DNA of 64,000 nucleotides from Tubulanus polymorphus (Eukaryota > Animalia > Nemertea): the NCBI RefSeq assembly GCF_964204645.1, contig NC_134030.1, positions 6,986,778 through 7,050,777 of the forward strand. The letters are read 5' to 3'. Below, in pieces: positions 15,414 through 28,980 of the stretch. The translations under genes were made by a program, and so were the position numbers. The notes under the pieces are model-generated. The model ran no database searches and was not told where the DNA came from. It saw only the letters and a program-made list of their open reading frames with translations. Each line of letters opens with the position of its first letter. Position 1 is the first letter of the stretch.

Positions 15414-17006
15414 TATGTGTCGGTTTTCTTATCAGATGAATGAAGACGAATTCTCTGGTCAAAAATGTGCGTTTATGTAGGATTTCTCGTGGCAATATCA
15501 CGACATCACGCAGGGATCCATTATGTTAGGTTTTTTACCGGATATATACATTAATCGATAAAATTCCACTCGATTCCAATTCAATGGCAAACCCGATGGA
15601 TAAATTTGTGAATATGATATGTTATACTCTTTGATTATCTACAGTATGGGGCCAATCGTTCCGCGTGTAAATCGATTAAGACTTGCGGCCTAAGAAGAGA
15701 GAAATTCGATTCTCCGAATAAAGAAAATATTTCATCATTATTTGATGAATCAGCGCAGAGGATCGTTTATTGGATATAGAAAGTATTCTTTTGTCCTGAA
15801 AGAATGCATTTCTGTTGTTAACAAAATTGATAGTATGGTTATTATCTTTACGAAAAATAAATTGTTTCGTTCAAAATCAATAAATCAATTATTGATAGAT
15901 GGAAACGATAGATACATACGTTTAATTAAGTCTAGTGCACTGAGTGCACACGGGTCGAAACGAAAAACCGTTGGTGATAACTCAAAGAAAAATGGTTTTT
16001 ATTACGACGCCGATAATCTTCTTATCAATTCGAGTCAAAAACTCAGATAGAAAAATTAACCTCAGTTACTTCGAAGAAAAATTTGGTATTTTCCGTATTT
16101 CACTGCTTTGAATTTGCGGGTCAAGTGATCGAGTTCAATGGAATTTATAAAGCAGCGATTGATGAGAAATGATAATGTCTAAGATCCCGTATACGAATCA
16201 TTGCACATAGCATATATAGATTTGATTAGATCTACTCTTTTATCATTTTACAAAAAAATGAAAATTGTCGTGTTTCTGGACTACAGTCTTCAAATCAATG
16301 CATTAATAATCACCATAAGGATATTGAAATAGGAAAGGATGAAAGAAGACAGAAGTCAATTTGTAATTTGTAAAATTCACATACAACATTAATTCAATAC
16401 ACAGGTTTAGGATTTCCAGTAATATTCGTTTTTCTGTGACGAGGTATTGTGAAAAGAGTATTTTTATTTGGATACCTTATACAAGGTGTGTGGAAACTGG
16501 AAACTCATTTCTTTTATCTAATTTCTTGTATTTTCTGTGTGTCTTCATAAAATCGTACAATCGTACGACGAACTCCTCCCCTGCATCGTCACGAGAATGG
16601 CCAGTTCACGGCGTTCCGCACTGCGTGTTCTAAGAGCTCGTGAGAACCATCAGGAGTTGCGATATAGTGATATACCACTTACACTTAGGTTGACAGTGTA
16701 ATCGTTTCGTGGATAATGAAATAACGTCTCTTTTTCTGCCATTAATTCACTCGTTCCTGAAATACAAATACTTACAATGAACAAGTATAGGTTCTGGCTC
16801 TCTCTAGCCGAAGCCATGTACGCTATTGGCAAAGCTGTCCCCCTAAAACAAACCAGTATCGTACGGTTAAGACAATCTTTCAATGGAAATCATCTATATA
16901 TATATATCATGAATGTATACGAGCACGTACAGTGTATAGACTTTTTTAGTATCAGATTCACCTAGTGTCGTCCCAGTAGTGAGTAACGGCCGTCTGAAAT
17001 TAAAAA

Positions 17007-20000
17007 ATGAACTGGGATCAATCGCCGTTGAATGGTGGCTGCTGCAAACATTTGAATCCGAAGCCGAACTGTACCGAGCCACCGAACGAGGAAGTGCAAT
17101 GGGATTTAGGCGATGGCAATCCAGATAAATTCATCAGGTGTAATGCCGCACGAGTTATGTTAAAAGCGACTAATCATAGAATCGTGAGTAAACGGGCATA
17201 GGAAAGATAGCTTCAAAAAGGGCCGGGCATGTAGCCTTTGTTTTGAAAAGTTAAACCAGGAGTCTAGGAGTGTACCTGTAAATTGAAAAGGGCACTTAAT
17301 TTATAAAGGGCAGATTTGGCAACGCGAGAGCTGCCAGCAAAGTTTTGTTGGGAGTTCTAATGGCCCTACCACAGGAAATTGAAGAACAAAAATGATCTTG
17401 TTTGGTGATAAACGGAGCAAATTCGGATTTACTTTTCGTCTTTTTAAAATTTTCTTTGCAAAAAAGATTTCTTTGACTTTTTGTGGGGCACATTCGAATT
17501 TTGAAGGTGTGGACCAGTTTACTCGGTTCACCTCCTAAATCCGTCCTTGTTTAAGTCAGCCAGCGATTATTGATGTGGCCGGAAGTGGTTAAACCAACTG
17601 AACGTTACCAACAACTACTTGCATATAATTTTCTCTATCATTCAGCCAAAAGACCTGACAAACGACGCGTTAGCATTTGTATATGGGAACAGCCAAGGTG
17701 ACCCCGAATTCAGAGAAAATCTAGCAATGTTTCTGAGCAAAGAATATGGCGATACAGTGAACCGGTACGTTAATTACAATATTGACGGTTGATCAAGTTC
17801 AAAACAATAATTATTCCCTTTTATTTCAAGAAACGATATTGGACTAGGATTTCTACAAGATCATTATAAAATCACAAAATCTTCTTTTACCTAAAAAGGG
17901 ACGATCTATTTTTGACGGTCGGAACATTCCATGCGCTTTACATTCTCAAAGGAATATTGTTCAGCAAAAAGGCTGTGATTTACGTGGAGGAGCCAACATT
18001 TTATTTCGCCAGGGAAGTCATACCCGAAATCGGATATACTGTCACGGCAGGTAGGCCTATGGCGATACTCTAAAACTAGAACATATCTTATAAAAGTATA
18101 GGCCCCCAGCTATACGCGTAAGTAGTCCTAAACATTTTATATATATCTTCCTTTTTTCTGACCACAGTTCCGTCAAATAGAGATGGAATAATAGTCGAAG
18201 AATTAGATCGATTAGTACAACAGGATGGTGAGTTTAAGAAAACCGAGACGCAACCGTATAGAGCAATGGTCTATTTGATATCAGTGTTCAATAATCCAGG
18301 AGGATATTGTTATTCACTAGGTCAGTATATAGCAAGGATTCGTTTGAATTGTATCAGAACGAACCACGTACGACAAAGCCCGAACAAATGATGTTTTTTG
18401 CATCGAGCGGTTTTCCATTTTCTAGGAAGATGTAAGGAGCTTATAAAACTCGCTCGACGCTATGATTTGCTGATATTTGCCGACGATGTAAATAGCCTTT
18501 TGCATTATAGCGGGTCAGCACATGCACCAAAGAGACTTTTAGCATACGACGATAAGTTAGTAACAACCGAAATTTTTCTAGTTTTCGGAATCTAGCCCAA
18601 CAAATCTGTTCAATGAATTTGCTATTTTAGGGGGATTGTTGCTTTGCTTAAATATCCATTTCATATTATGTTTAGCCTCTAGTTGGCTCGAGGTAGGCCT
18701 ATAGTAAACATAAGAAAAACTGAAAATGTATCATAATTAACCGAATTTAAGATATATATACCTCTAGAAATAAATTGCATGCGTCAGCACTATTTCAATA
18801 AATGTATATCGTGTTACCAGAAGCGTCTTGTTATAGGTCGGATGCTGACTACGCAGACGGCAATGTTGTGTCGAATGGTTCGTTTTCGAAAATATTCGCT
18901 CCGTCAGTTAGATGTGGCTGGTTGGAGGCTCCAAGACGTTTAATTGATATTTTCAAAAACAGGTACATGTATAGTTGCACCCTCATAACTAATGAAATAG
19001 CATGCCCGACTATAGACAATACTGTCGTGTTTAAAGTTTTAACTCATATCTAGACTAACTTTCACAAAAAGCCATGATTTCATTCTTAGAACAGTTTCAC
19101 TGAATACTTCATGTTGTTTTAGCGTTTTGTGTGATGGATGTGGAATCACATGTCAATATGTCTCAACTATTTTATCCAGTGCTCTGGCACTCGGCCTTAT
19201 AAAGGAACATTTGGACCTCAGCAGAAGAGAGTACGGGGTGAGGCGTGTGTATCTTTAATTTGATTTCTATATGTAAAGCCTTTATGAATTTTAATGTCAT
19301 CGCCATTTTCGGCCTCTTATTCTATGAGTTCATTCCTTTTTAATTATCAAAATGCATGTATCTATTCGAACCGCAATCAGTTCCTGATAAAACCGCAGCA
19401 GAATAGGAAATCTTTCATATCATTACACTCATTTTATTTCAGAGGAAATTAAAGAAAACCTGTCAACTACTTAAAGACCAGCTTCCAAAATCAGCCATAT
19501 TTGCTGAACCTCAGGTATATCTAATATCATCATAGCGTATACAACATTTTTCTAAAATCTCAGTTGACTAATGAAACCTCCTATTTGACAGGGAGGGCTT
19601 TACATATGGATTCAACTTCCTGAAAACATAGAAGCCCAGCAATTGCATAAATACTGTAGAGATCGGTACTGTTTGGATTTTGTAGTTGGGGACAAGTAAG
19701 AAATTTCATTTCTCTTCGATCGTTTTTTGTGGATCTGAAATCCATGTGTATATATCTTGAAAACAAATCTAAAGCCAAGGGAACCAGTGGAATGAAGAAC
19801 AGTTAGATATGTTTAATTTTCACGACACTCATTTCGGACTTTCGTCGAGTGGTGAATAACACTATTTCACGGTTGTTCTTTATCTAGGTTTTCATCGTCT
19901 GCGACCGAACATAATAAACTCCGTTTGTCGATCTCATTTGAAGTATACGAAGATTTGTTGAAAGCCGTAAATCTATTTTGTAAATGCGTCAATGAATTCA

Positions 20001-20032
20001 TTCTCGACCGATCAGACAGCGACCAGGTTTAA
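17007..20032 (+). CDS. PLP-dependent aminotransferase class I/II (2-aminoadipate transaminase / YER152C-like), divergent
   Basis: About 10 exons (17007-17183, 17647-17764, 17899-18050, ~18168-18320, ~18426-18555, ~18837-18962, ~19121-19237, 19443-19513, ~19591-19695, ~19888-20032). Motifs: YGNSQGDPEFRENLA, VEEPTF, FNNPGG, IFADDVN, SNGSFSKIFAPSVRCGW (PLP lysine), EPQGGLYIW, KLRLSISF. Confidence 0.88.
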
Positions 20033-22587
20033 TTAACATCGGACATTTAACAACTGAAAATAGATACTCAAGAAATGCAACACCAGGAAGACCTTGTCTT
20101 TAATATTCACCCATTGGTACGGTAGACGTAGAATGAATAAGTAGAGATAATTCTTGTCGGGATGATTCCAACGTGCGCCGTGGCTTTGTATCGTAGGATA
20201 TTTCAGAAGGTGGTAGTATCAGTGATACAGACGATAAAGATAATTCATACCTTCATACCGTTTTACAGCAACAGTAATATCAACAGCGTCAACAGTATCA
20301 GATCTACTTCGAATTGGCAGTAATGGTGAACGAATCAGCGCTTTGGTGAAAGCGCGACTGTTTTCAACGACGGTTTACAGTGTGATTATTCAATTCCTTT
20401 CGACCGTTTTATTCACGTGCATCACTCAGTAGTCGGCATGGTAGAACTGTTGAAAGAAGATACCTCAACGTTTATCATTCATTAAATTTTTACTGGTTTC
20501 ATTCTCCCATTTCGCCTTCGTTTCGGTCAGTTTAAATCGTCTTTGCAAAAACTTGTTACATATATTTGTCATATATTCAACGTAGTTAATCGTAACCCGT
20601 TGATCAATATCGGAATATGCTGCGGAAATTCTTTATCCCAAGACTAACTAGTAGTCAAATAACCGAGTACACATCATTCACCACTTACGATAAATCAAAT
20701 TTAGCTGCAACGACCAGCGACGATCGCGTCTCATCGCAAGGTCGACCTACGCCCGGCTTCAGTGACTATTGGCCCGAACAATTTGGTGGACGCAGTTTGT
20801 CGTTGATTTTCTCTTAGATATCGAAAGAAATATACATTTTTTTCATCAAGAGATGTTTACTTAGTGAATAGAACACGATATATGATCATGACATTTTAAC
20901 TTTTGAGATAACGGGAATAGGTTAGTAGTTTAACGCTAGTCAGTGTCAATATAACGCTGGTGTCTCGGCACTGTCGTCTGGTGAAAGTGCACCATTCGCA
21001 CATTTTCGTTTACCTGCCGCTGTCTTTAAGGATGAAATCTTTCGATGGAAATTCAATGCACCTTGATATAAGATTTAGGAGAGCGAACCAGGAAAATAAC
21101 CGTTACGAAAAGGTATGTCACAAACCCTCGGGGATGAAGTAATCAAGTTACTCCGTGGGTGTTTGGCGAACCCATGATATGTAGCGTATTACTAAAATCA
21201 AAGTTTATGAGACTGAAATGAGAGAACGCAACTCCTATTACAACATCTTCGCTAGCCGGCTGCCGCAGGGTGGACTTTCAGTCAGCAACCGGTCGGACTG
21301 TATCCGACTAGTTCACTAACTGATTATAAAAGTTAGTGTCACGACTAAATAGCCGGGCGTTGAAAGATTTTAACTGACAGTACGATTTGCCATGTATTTT
21401 AGAATAGGACATGCGTTTAATGCGAATACAAAGAATGTTACGACCCGGCCGCTCCTTAGCTGATGGGCAGTAAAAGATTAAATGATGGGCAGTCAAATTA
21501 TCGAAAGCCATAAAATAACATTACAGCGACTCTATTGGCCGACGATCTGCAGTGGGCATCATAGTGTCCCGAACAAACAGATGCCAAATACGAATCTATC
21601 CATAAAACCCGACTACAAACGGGGTGATATTTTGATAGATATTTAAATGAAGTCATTTGATGATGATTTTTCAAAACATCAAGGTTCCGAAAGGTATGAT
21701 AATGTTCTGCAGGGATCTCCGTCACTGAGCGCCGCGCGAGCGCGCCGCCGTTTAAACGTAATTGAAGCGCTTACCGTATCGTGCTGCCATCTACAATACA
21801 AATCCCATGACTGCATGTTTGTTTACATGCATGACATGCGCTTATAGTTTAACATACATGCGGAAATTGGCTTTAAATCAGAAATAAATTTCAAAATAAT
21901 CGATTTCTCACGCGCTGAAAGGTAAGTTCATAATCGTCACATGAATTGCATGTGTCTTATCTATCGATAAAACCCGACTACAACCAGGATGATATGTGGT
22001 AGATATTTAAACGAAGTCATTTGATGATGATCATTAGTAGACTCATAAAAATTCCTGGTGCCAGAGAGATAGGACGGATGCAAAGTTGAAGTTGTGCAGA
22101 ACTTGTTTTGTTGTTCAACTACTCTTGATTCTGGTTGTGTTGATGGTCGAAGCTTATTTTTCAATTTTGCGGCAGTTTCTACTGTGTGGGCTGTTTGGTC
22201 AAATTATTTCGTCACTCCTACAACATTTATAAATAATGGATTCAGATATTCCTAAACCAACTGTTGTCAGTGATTTAGCTGGTGGGTTAGGTCAGGATTA
22301 ATAAATACGTATAGGAGTTAACCTATGTGATAGTGACTGCTGTGTTGTTATTGACGACCACGCACACGTAGGATTTTACGTGCAGGATTTTACATAAAAT
22401 CTGTCGTGAACAGTTGATGCTGGTGCGTTACCATAAACATAATCTGGATTGTATCATTCAGTGCTTCGATTTTAATGCTGTTTACATCGTTCTTCTCAAA
22501 TACCGAGAAAATCTCTCATACAGCGCGCGTGAACTTCATCGAAAAAACTGTGAATCGTTAATGAACCATTGTTGAACAGAGTTGACA

Positions 22588-25500
22588 ATGAAAATGACGG
22601 ATACCCGGCGTATACCGCGCTCCGCGATGAAAAAAGTAGTAATATCTACCGAAGAGCTATCATGTTTCGATGTATTGAACATGATGGTAAGTGTGTGTGT
22701 GTTTAAGAGGTTTTTCGTATGCGCCCCTATTGGCTGTCATCTGAAGCGTCAATAAGGGACATAAGACATTGAGACTTGATTACTTTTGGTAAACGGGTAC
22801 CAGGATCTCAATAGGCCCTACTATTGTTCGGGTTCAAGTTTGGGCTGTATTTAGTTGGGAATTGTCAGTTCAGGCTCAAGTATGGCTATTTAGCGGTTGG
22901 CCTAGGCGCTCCTGAACCTATCTTAAGGGATATGCAAGTTTCTCTATGTTGCCTGTATAATCTTTGATACAGGGATTAAACCTCAGCTTTTTCCCAGATC
23001 CAGATGTTTGTTTCTGTGGTTTACGCGCTTTGAGGGGAAAATTTCCTCATGTATTTATTCGCGGTGTTTTTTATACGGCCTACTGGAATCTTGTTGAGAT
23101 TCTGAAACATTACTAATCAATTCCGTCTGAGGTTGAGGCGTGTAAAATTCCAGGAGTTGACCGAATACCTTGGAAGCGTGAAAAACTTTCTACAACTTGT
23201 ATTCGTTATAGCAGTTTTTACAGCGTGTTTTTTGTTGTTGTATTTTATAGAAGATGTCAACAGACGTAAAAATTTGCAATCCGATCACGCATAGCACATG
23301 GGAAAATGGAAAGTTCACCACTTACGAAATTGTTATTGAGGTATGTGGAAGTTTTGTTGAAAACGTCAAAGCCATCACTATTGAGACTTCCAAAAGTTCT
23401 TTGAAAATACTAAATACAATGTGTAATTTTTCTGTTTCTAGACATCGAATATTGCGTTTTCTCTATCGAAATCATCAGTACGTCGTAGATATTCTGAATT
23501 TGTTTGGCTGCGGCATCATTTGAGCCATTCACACGCCGTGTAAGTCGACGAATATCGAATATATTTTGACGTTTTTTTTTTAAATATATGATCGATTCTC
23601 ATTATGTAATGGGCTACCTGCATTGATTTTTACAGAATGGCGCCTTCGTTGCCGAAGAAAACTTTCTTCTCCACACGGTTCAACAAAAGTGTTATCACCG
23701 AACGAATGACAGGTCTTAAAATGTTCATCGACAAGTAAGATATCCATCAATTATGAGTCAATCGAATCATGGGGTCGTCCATTTACAGGTTCCCTACGAC
23801 TCCTTGATTCCCTGAAAACTCCTTCTAAACCAAAAATGTTTTTCAAGGTCCTTGAATAACCTTGAATTTGAGTGAAATACTCAAAAGTCCTTGAAAACTC
23901 CTTGAATTTTGAGAAATTGGCAACGTTTTAGGTTTTAGGCCTAGTTAGTAGTTATATACCTCACACGCAGATTTCACCGAATTAAATGGTTTACCGAGAT
24001 AAACCGTACAGATTTAGGAGGAGTTTACTGAAATAGGTAGGCCCTATATGATAGTGATGCTGACACCTCTCGAAATTTAACATTTTCTCCTTGAAAACTC
24101 CTTGGAAAGTCCCTGAATTCTAGATGACTTATCTGTAAGAACCCTGACTTATTTACTATCAGCATCATTTGACCTTTCATAGATTAGGCCTGCCATTTTT
24201 GTGGTCCTTTTTCTCCACTGATTCACAATGATTCGTTTTATCGATTCACTCGCTTAAATTGTATGAATGAATTACAGGGTTGTAACCGAAGTGTCCTACC
24301 TATCGGACAGTGTCGTGCATCTATTCCTGCAGTCATCATTATCGGTAGAAAATATCGAAAAATGCATCAAAGGAGAATTCCAGCTCGACCCTGTCAGTAT
24401 AATAATGGCTGAAGGCAAAAGCAAAGGGTAAGTGTTGTACTGTTTCTGACTCCATACTATCAATGGGTCATTCATTTATTACGTACGCATTAGGCGAGGG
24501 GGAGGGGTCAGTGCAGTTACCTACTGTAATGCTTAATGTATATGAAAGAATGGCCGATTTTGCGTACAGACAGGGGGAGGGGGTTGAAAAATTCAAATTT
24601 TATGTGTACGTAATAAATGAATGAGCCCCAATCCGTATCTCGTTTCATCATATTCATTCTTTTAAGCTTATTCATATTTACCATACTGCTTAGTAAATCC
24701 ATAGTCTATGGATATCTAGCTACATGTGATTTCCATATTTGGGATGGCTTGCTTTTGGTAATACGCTTTAATTTGACACGGATAACGAATTTGACTAGAG
24801 TTCTCACTTTTGTGGCAATTTAGGTTAATTCAGACATTCATATGATCTAGGTAATGAAATTTGATATTTGAATGAATAGAATAATGATGAATAAAGAGAT
24901 ATCTTTACTCTAGTAGAGTCAGGTACCTGTCGGGTACTGTGTACATGTATATAACTAGGCTTAGGATGTTTTGAGCCCCAATTCGAAATTTCTGGATCCC
25001 CCCTGAAAAGTGTGTATAAACTAGCGAAAGGAAATATGTTTTCCATGAGCTTCTTTTGTTAATGGTTTAGTGGCAGGGATGAAAATTACACGAAACTGAA
25101 CCCTTTAGATTTGAAGAAATACCCTAGAATTTCGAGTTGACTGATCTTTTGGGACATCTATATTGAAACAATAGTCATGGTGTTTTATTTTTGTTCAATA
25201 TGTCGCTCGAATAATTTCAGGTTCATCGAAATGCACAGCCCGACCGCCGATATTGAACACTGTCGCCTCCATGCCGGGTCTTCGTATAGCGATGAGGAAG
25301 ACGAAGAGGACCGCGCCGACGGCGAGGCGTATCCCGCGTTGGTTACGGTCATGCGCGGACAGCCGAGCGGGAATCGAATTCCGCGTGATTCGTGCGGAGA
25401 ATCGATGGAGAATTCGTTGTCGATATCGACGGACAATGTAGATTCGAATTCGGTGGATCGTAACGGTATTTCGCGGACTAGTTCTAAATCGTCGGATACC

Positions 25501-25635
25501 GGTTCTGTGAACAGCGATTGCTCGGCGGTCGCGGCCGCTGCACAAAAACGTCGCGTGACGTTCTCGCAAGAGGTCACCGTCGCCGAGATCATCGAAAGCC
25601 TCATGAAAACGGACTCGACGCTAAACCAAGATTGA
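22588..25635 (+). CDS. SNX10/11: Sorting nexin-10/11-like PX-domain protein
   Basis: Exons 22588-22686, 23251-23340, 23442-23539, ~23636-23734, ~24278-24428, 25221-25635. PX motifs: FTTYEIVIETSNIAFSLSKSSVRRRYSEFVWLR, PSLPKK, ERMTGL, YLSDSVVHLFLQSSLSVENIEKC. A Ser/Asp-rich tail follows. Confidence 0.9.
23786..24146. mobile_element. Non-autonomous DNA transposon (MITE-like) in SNX intron
   Basis: Termini caggttccctac / gtaagaaccctg; internal repeated ccttgaa(a)actcc motifs. Confidence 0.6.
24465..24629. mobile_element. MITE
   Basis: ~22-bp TIRs gggtcattcatttattacgtac / gtacgtaataaatgaatgagccc; flanked by aat/aat. Confidence 0.75.
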
Positions 25636-26993
25636 GAACCAGTTATGTTTAGCCACTCCCCGTGATTGAACAGATATGATAACGATCCTCAGATCTGCTT
25701 CACAATGCGCGCTGTTGTATTGCAGCCTTTATTAATTGTTTTGCTTTGTGTGCAATATTGATGTATTTAACCACATAAATCTCCCTTGATAAAAGTGTTA
25801 AAAGTCAGTAGAAATACGTAGGTTTTTCGAGGTTATGAAATTGGAAAGAGCTGTAGTCAGCACCATCCCCCTCCCCCCATTTACCATATGCACAGTATGT
25901 CGGTTTAATTTTTACCAGTTCCAAGATAGAATACCAATATTTTGTTTCTTGGAAAAACCTGGGGCCAGTTGCTCAAAAGTTGGGTATTTGAGCAGACATG
26001 TGGCATTAGATGGGCCCAGGGATGGCGGTATATCGGGTGTTGACTGTATTTCGAAGGACAACTCGTCGTAAAGAGAAATACCGTTTTAGTGCATTAGTAT
26101 TTATATGGTTGATTTTACTGAATTAATCGAAACATCTGCGGCAGGTGTTGAATCCTGTTGAAATGCTGATCACTTAGTATTTATAAATGTAGAAATTTCT
26201 GTCGGTGACAATTATCATCGCCATCCGAGGTTAACTATAATGCACGATGAATAATTCAAACGAACATTTACTAACCGATGGTTAGAGCTGGCATCGTACA
26301 TATCACTGCTCAATTTTAGGGCAATCATTTGTTCGTGACACATGTCACGGAATGAGAACAGTAATTGATCAGGTCACAGGTCATTAGTATATGCATATGA
26401 TGAATCTTTTAATGACAGCGTTTAAAATTTAAACTTGTCTAGCGTGTGAACTCTGGTCAGCTTCCAGTAATTAAGTGGTGTAATATCCTGGTATATATCT
26501 ATGATATTGGGTATTGGCAAAAATACATAGTCTATTTATTTTTGGTATTAGCTAATTTTTATCGAATATTAGTGTGTATTGTATTATAAATATAGAAATA
26601 CCGTGTATGGCTTCATTAGATATTGTAAACAATTGCTTATACATTAGATCAAAGGTTGATACGACAACAGCAGATTGTATTCGACCAATTGTTTGATATA
26701 CCTCTGAACTTTGTAGTTGCTGGTTGAGTGAATGGATATGTTGAAAATATGCCAAATTCTGGAAGGCAACACCGTGGATCTATTCTTGTATTTTAGATGA
26801 TCGATTGTAATATATGTATTTGTACATGTATTTCCATTGGATGCAGTTGATGTAATGAATGAATAGAATGGATGTTAAAGAACTAATGACATTGTGTGTC
26901 CAACTGTCTTACAAATGGAACCTGATTGCCAAATTTATCAATTAAGTTCATGTGTTTAATCTTATGAGTTAAAGAATTATGTCTAGTTCTAAA

Positions 26994-27295
26994 TTTGGTA
27001 CTTGCATGGTTCAAAGTGTGATTGAATTAGAGGTTTACGCTATGGTTCTGTTATTTTTTGGTACATGCATGGTTCCTCTTGTGTGTGATTGAATTAGAGG
27101 TTTATGCCATGGTTCTGTTGATTTTGGTACATGCATGGTTCCTCTCGTGTGTGATTGAATTAGAGGTTTATGCCATGGTTCTGTTGATTTTGGTACATGC
27201 ATGGTTCCTCTTGTGTGTGATTGAATTAGAGGTTTATGCCATGGTTCTGTTGATTTTGGTACATGCATGGTTCCTCTCGTGTATGACTGAATAAG
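26994..27295. repeat. 66-bp minisatellite (~4.5 copies), probably in SNX 3' UTR
   Basis: Unit ttggtacatgcatggttcctct(t/c)gtgtgtgattgaattagaggtttatgccatggttctgttgatt. AATAAA follows at ~27373. Confidence 0.93.
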
Positions 27296-27799
27296 AGTTT
27301 TACTGGTTTACTCGGTTAATGCTTACAATATGTTGTTCCTTCCGTAGAAGATGTGCTGTTATTATTGGTGAAATAAATTAACTGAAATAATGAAATTATT
27401 GGTCTCACTTATTTCTTAATTGAAGAACATTACGGATTGAGGTATATATACATGTATAACAAATTGCTTTCTTTTCTTAGTTAACTATGTCCCAAATTCT
27501 ACCTCCAAACTCTTTGGCGAAATATTGAAAAAGATCCAAAAAGGATTTTGAATGTAAACGCGGGAGTTCTTACAAAGGGACTCGGGAAAGCACAAGTATT
27601 CAGACAGATTCATTGTATCTAGTATGAAATGTTCAATAAATCATCTGTGATATCCGAGATCGTAATATTTAACAAGAATACACTCATTTCAACCAAAGCG
27701 ATTTGCAGCATGCATTTTGATGGAGTATCATGTAAGACAGCATGTTGTGGCAAGATTAAAACTTTTTGAACAGACCTTGAATGTACGAAGGTGAATATA

Positions 27800-28083
27800 G
27801 CCGCAATCACACCAGCATTTTGGGACAACTGTTCACACGGGTGCCAATAAATGGGCCCGTGCCTATTTGGTCCGAACAAAAACGTCGGACCAGGCTCGAG
27901 CGAAATTTTAGCACGGGTCAAATCATTGCGTGTGAATTGCAACTGATTCCGGAAGTGAATCACTTCGTTTTGTTTAAGCACTGTTTAGTATCAAGTGAGT
28001 GGTTTACGTGTGAACGCGCTCTCAAATTAGGCACGGGCCAAATTTGACTCCGCGGGCCAAATCGTCGCCGTGTGATCGCGGCT
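27800..28083. mobile_element. MITE (PIF/Harbinger-like)
   Basis: TIRs agccgcaatcacac / gtgtgatcgcggct with tat/tat flanks. Confidence 0.7.
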
Positions 28084-28639
28084 TATAATCCACAAAGAGC
28101 TACGGTTGCTCTACGATGTGCGTCGATTTATCTTATTTACGCCTAGAACCCAGCTGAAATGATTTACAGGTCATGGACATTGATTAATCATTGTTAGTTG
28201 ATTTTTTCTTGTGGGAAATTTCTTTTCTTGTCACGTGTTCAAAATCACAGGATACAAACTTTCGTAGAATTGAGCTATCTCAACGGGCAGGTCACCAATA
28301 TATTTCTTGTGATTACATAACTAGATATGAGATTAAATCCAAACACGCGCATACCCTAGAAGGCTTAGCGCTTTCAGCGCTCGTTCTTCGTGTATTATAA
28401 TGTACCGGTATATACAACTAGGCCTAGGAAGTAACCCCTTCCATTCTTAATTCCTGGATCCATCCCTGACAATGACGCGAGGTGGCGTCTTTAGCGTCTT
28501 TAGTGACGCGAATATAACCCTTTTACCCGTCTTCTACGTATTCTTTTCAGTTATACTACAATGATCGTGATTCCACGAGGATGAGGCTACTTCCGCTACG
28601 TCACTGAGCTGCTGACTTCCGTCACTACAAGACGTCCGA

Positions 28640-28980
28640 GAATTTCTTCTAGTATTTGTTCTATATATTGTTGAACATATTTTATAGGCCTTATTCTTCA
28701 TTAGCAATTTCTTTTGACCCTGTAAACACTACGTATCATCTCTCATGAATTGGTAAATTTGGGGAAGTATATCCAATCGGGATTTGAATATTATATTTTA
28801 TTTGTTGCTTGAAGTTATATTTGTACAGTACGGTCTCGTGCACTTTTTCTTGTAAATATTTTTGTAATTCTGGTATTGTATATATGTATATATTGTTTTC
28901 TTTTTCTACTGTTTCGGTGTTCATTGACGATCATGTCATTTAATCATGATGAATAAACTAACTTGTAACTTGTAACTTGA
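28640..28980 (+). mobile_element. Probable 3' end remnant of a non-LTR retrotransposon
   Basis: T-rich UTR-like sequence ending in AATAAA + (AACTTGT)3 tail. Confidence 0.4.

Noticed and set aside
21125-21165. SECIS-like ATGA...AA stem-loop
   Set aside because: Lacks the 3' GA of the kink-turn quartet, and no upstream gene has an in-frame TGA.
25185-25604. Overlapping antisense ORFs in the last SNX exon
   Set aside because: Shadow frames of a GC-rich coding exon; no independent motifs or splice support.
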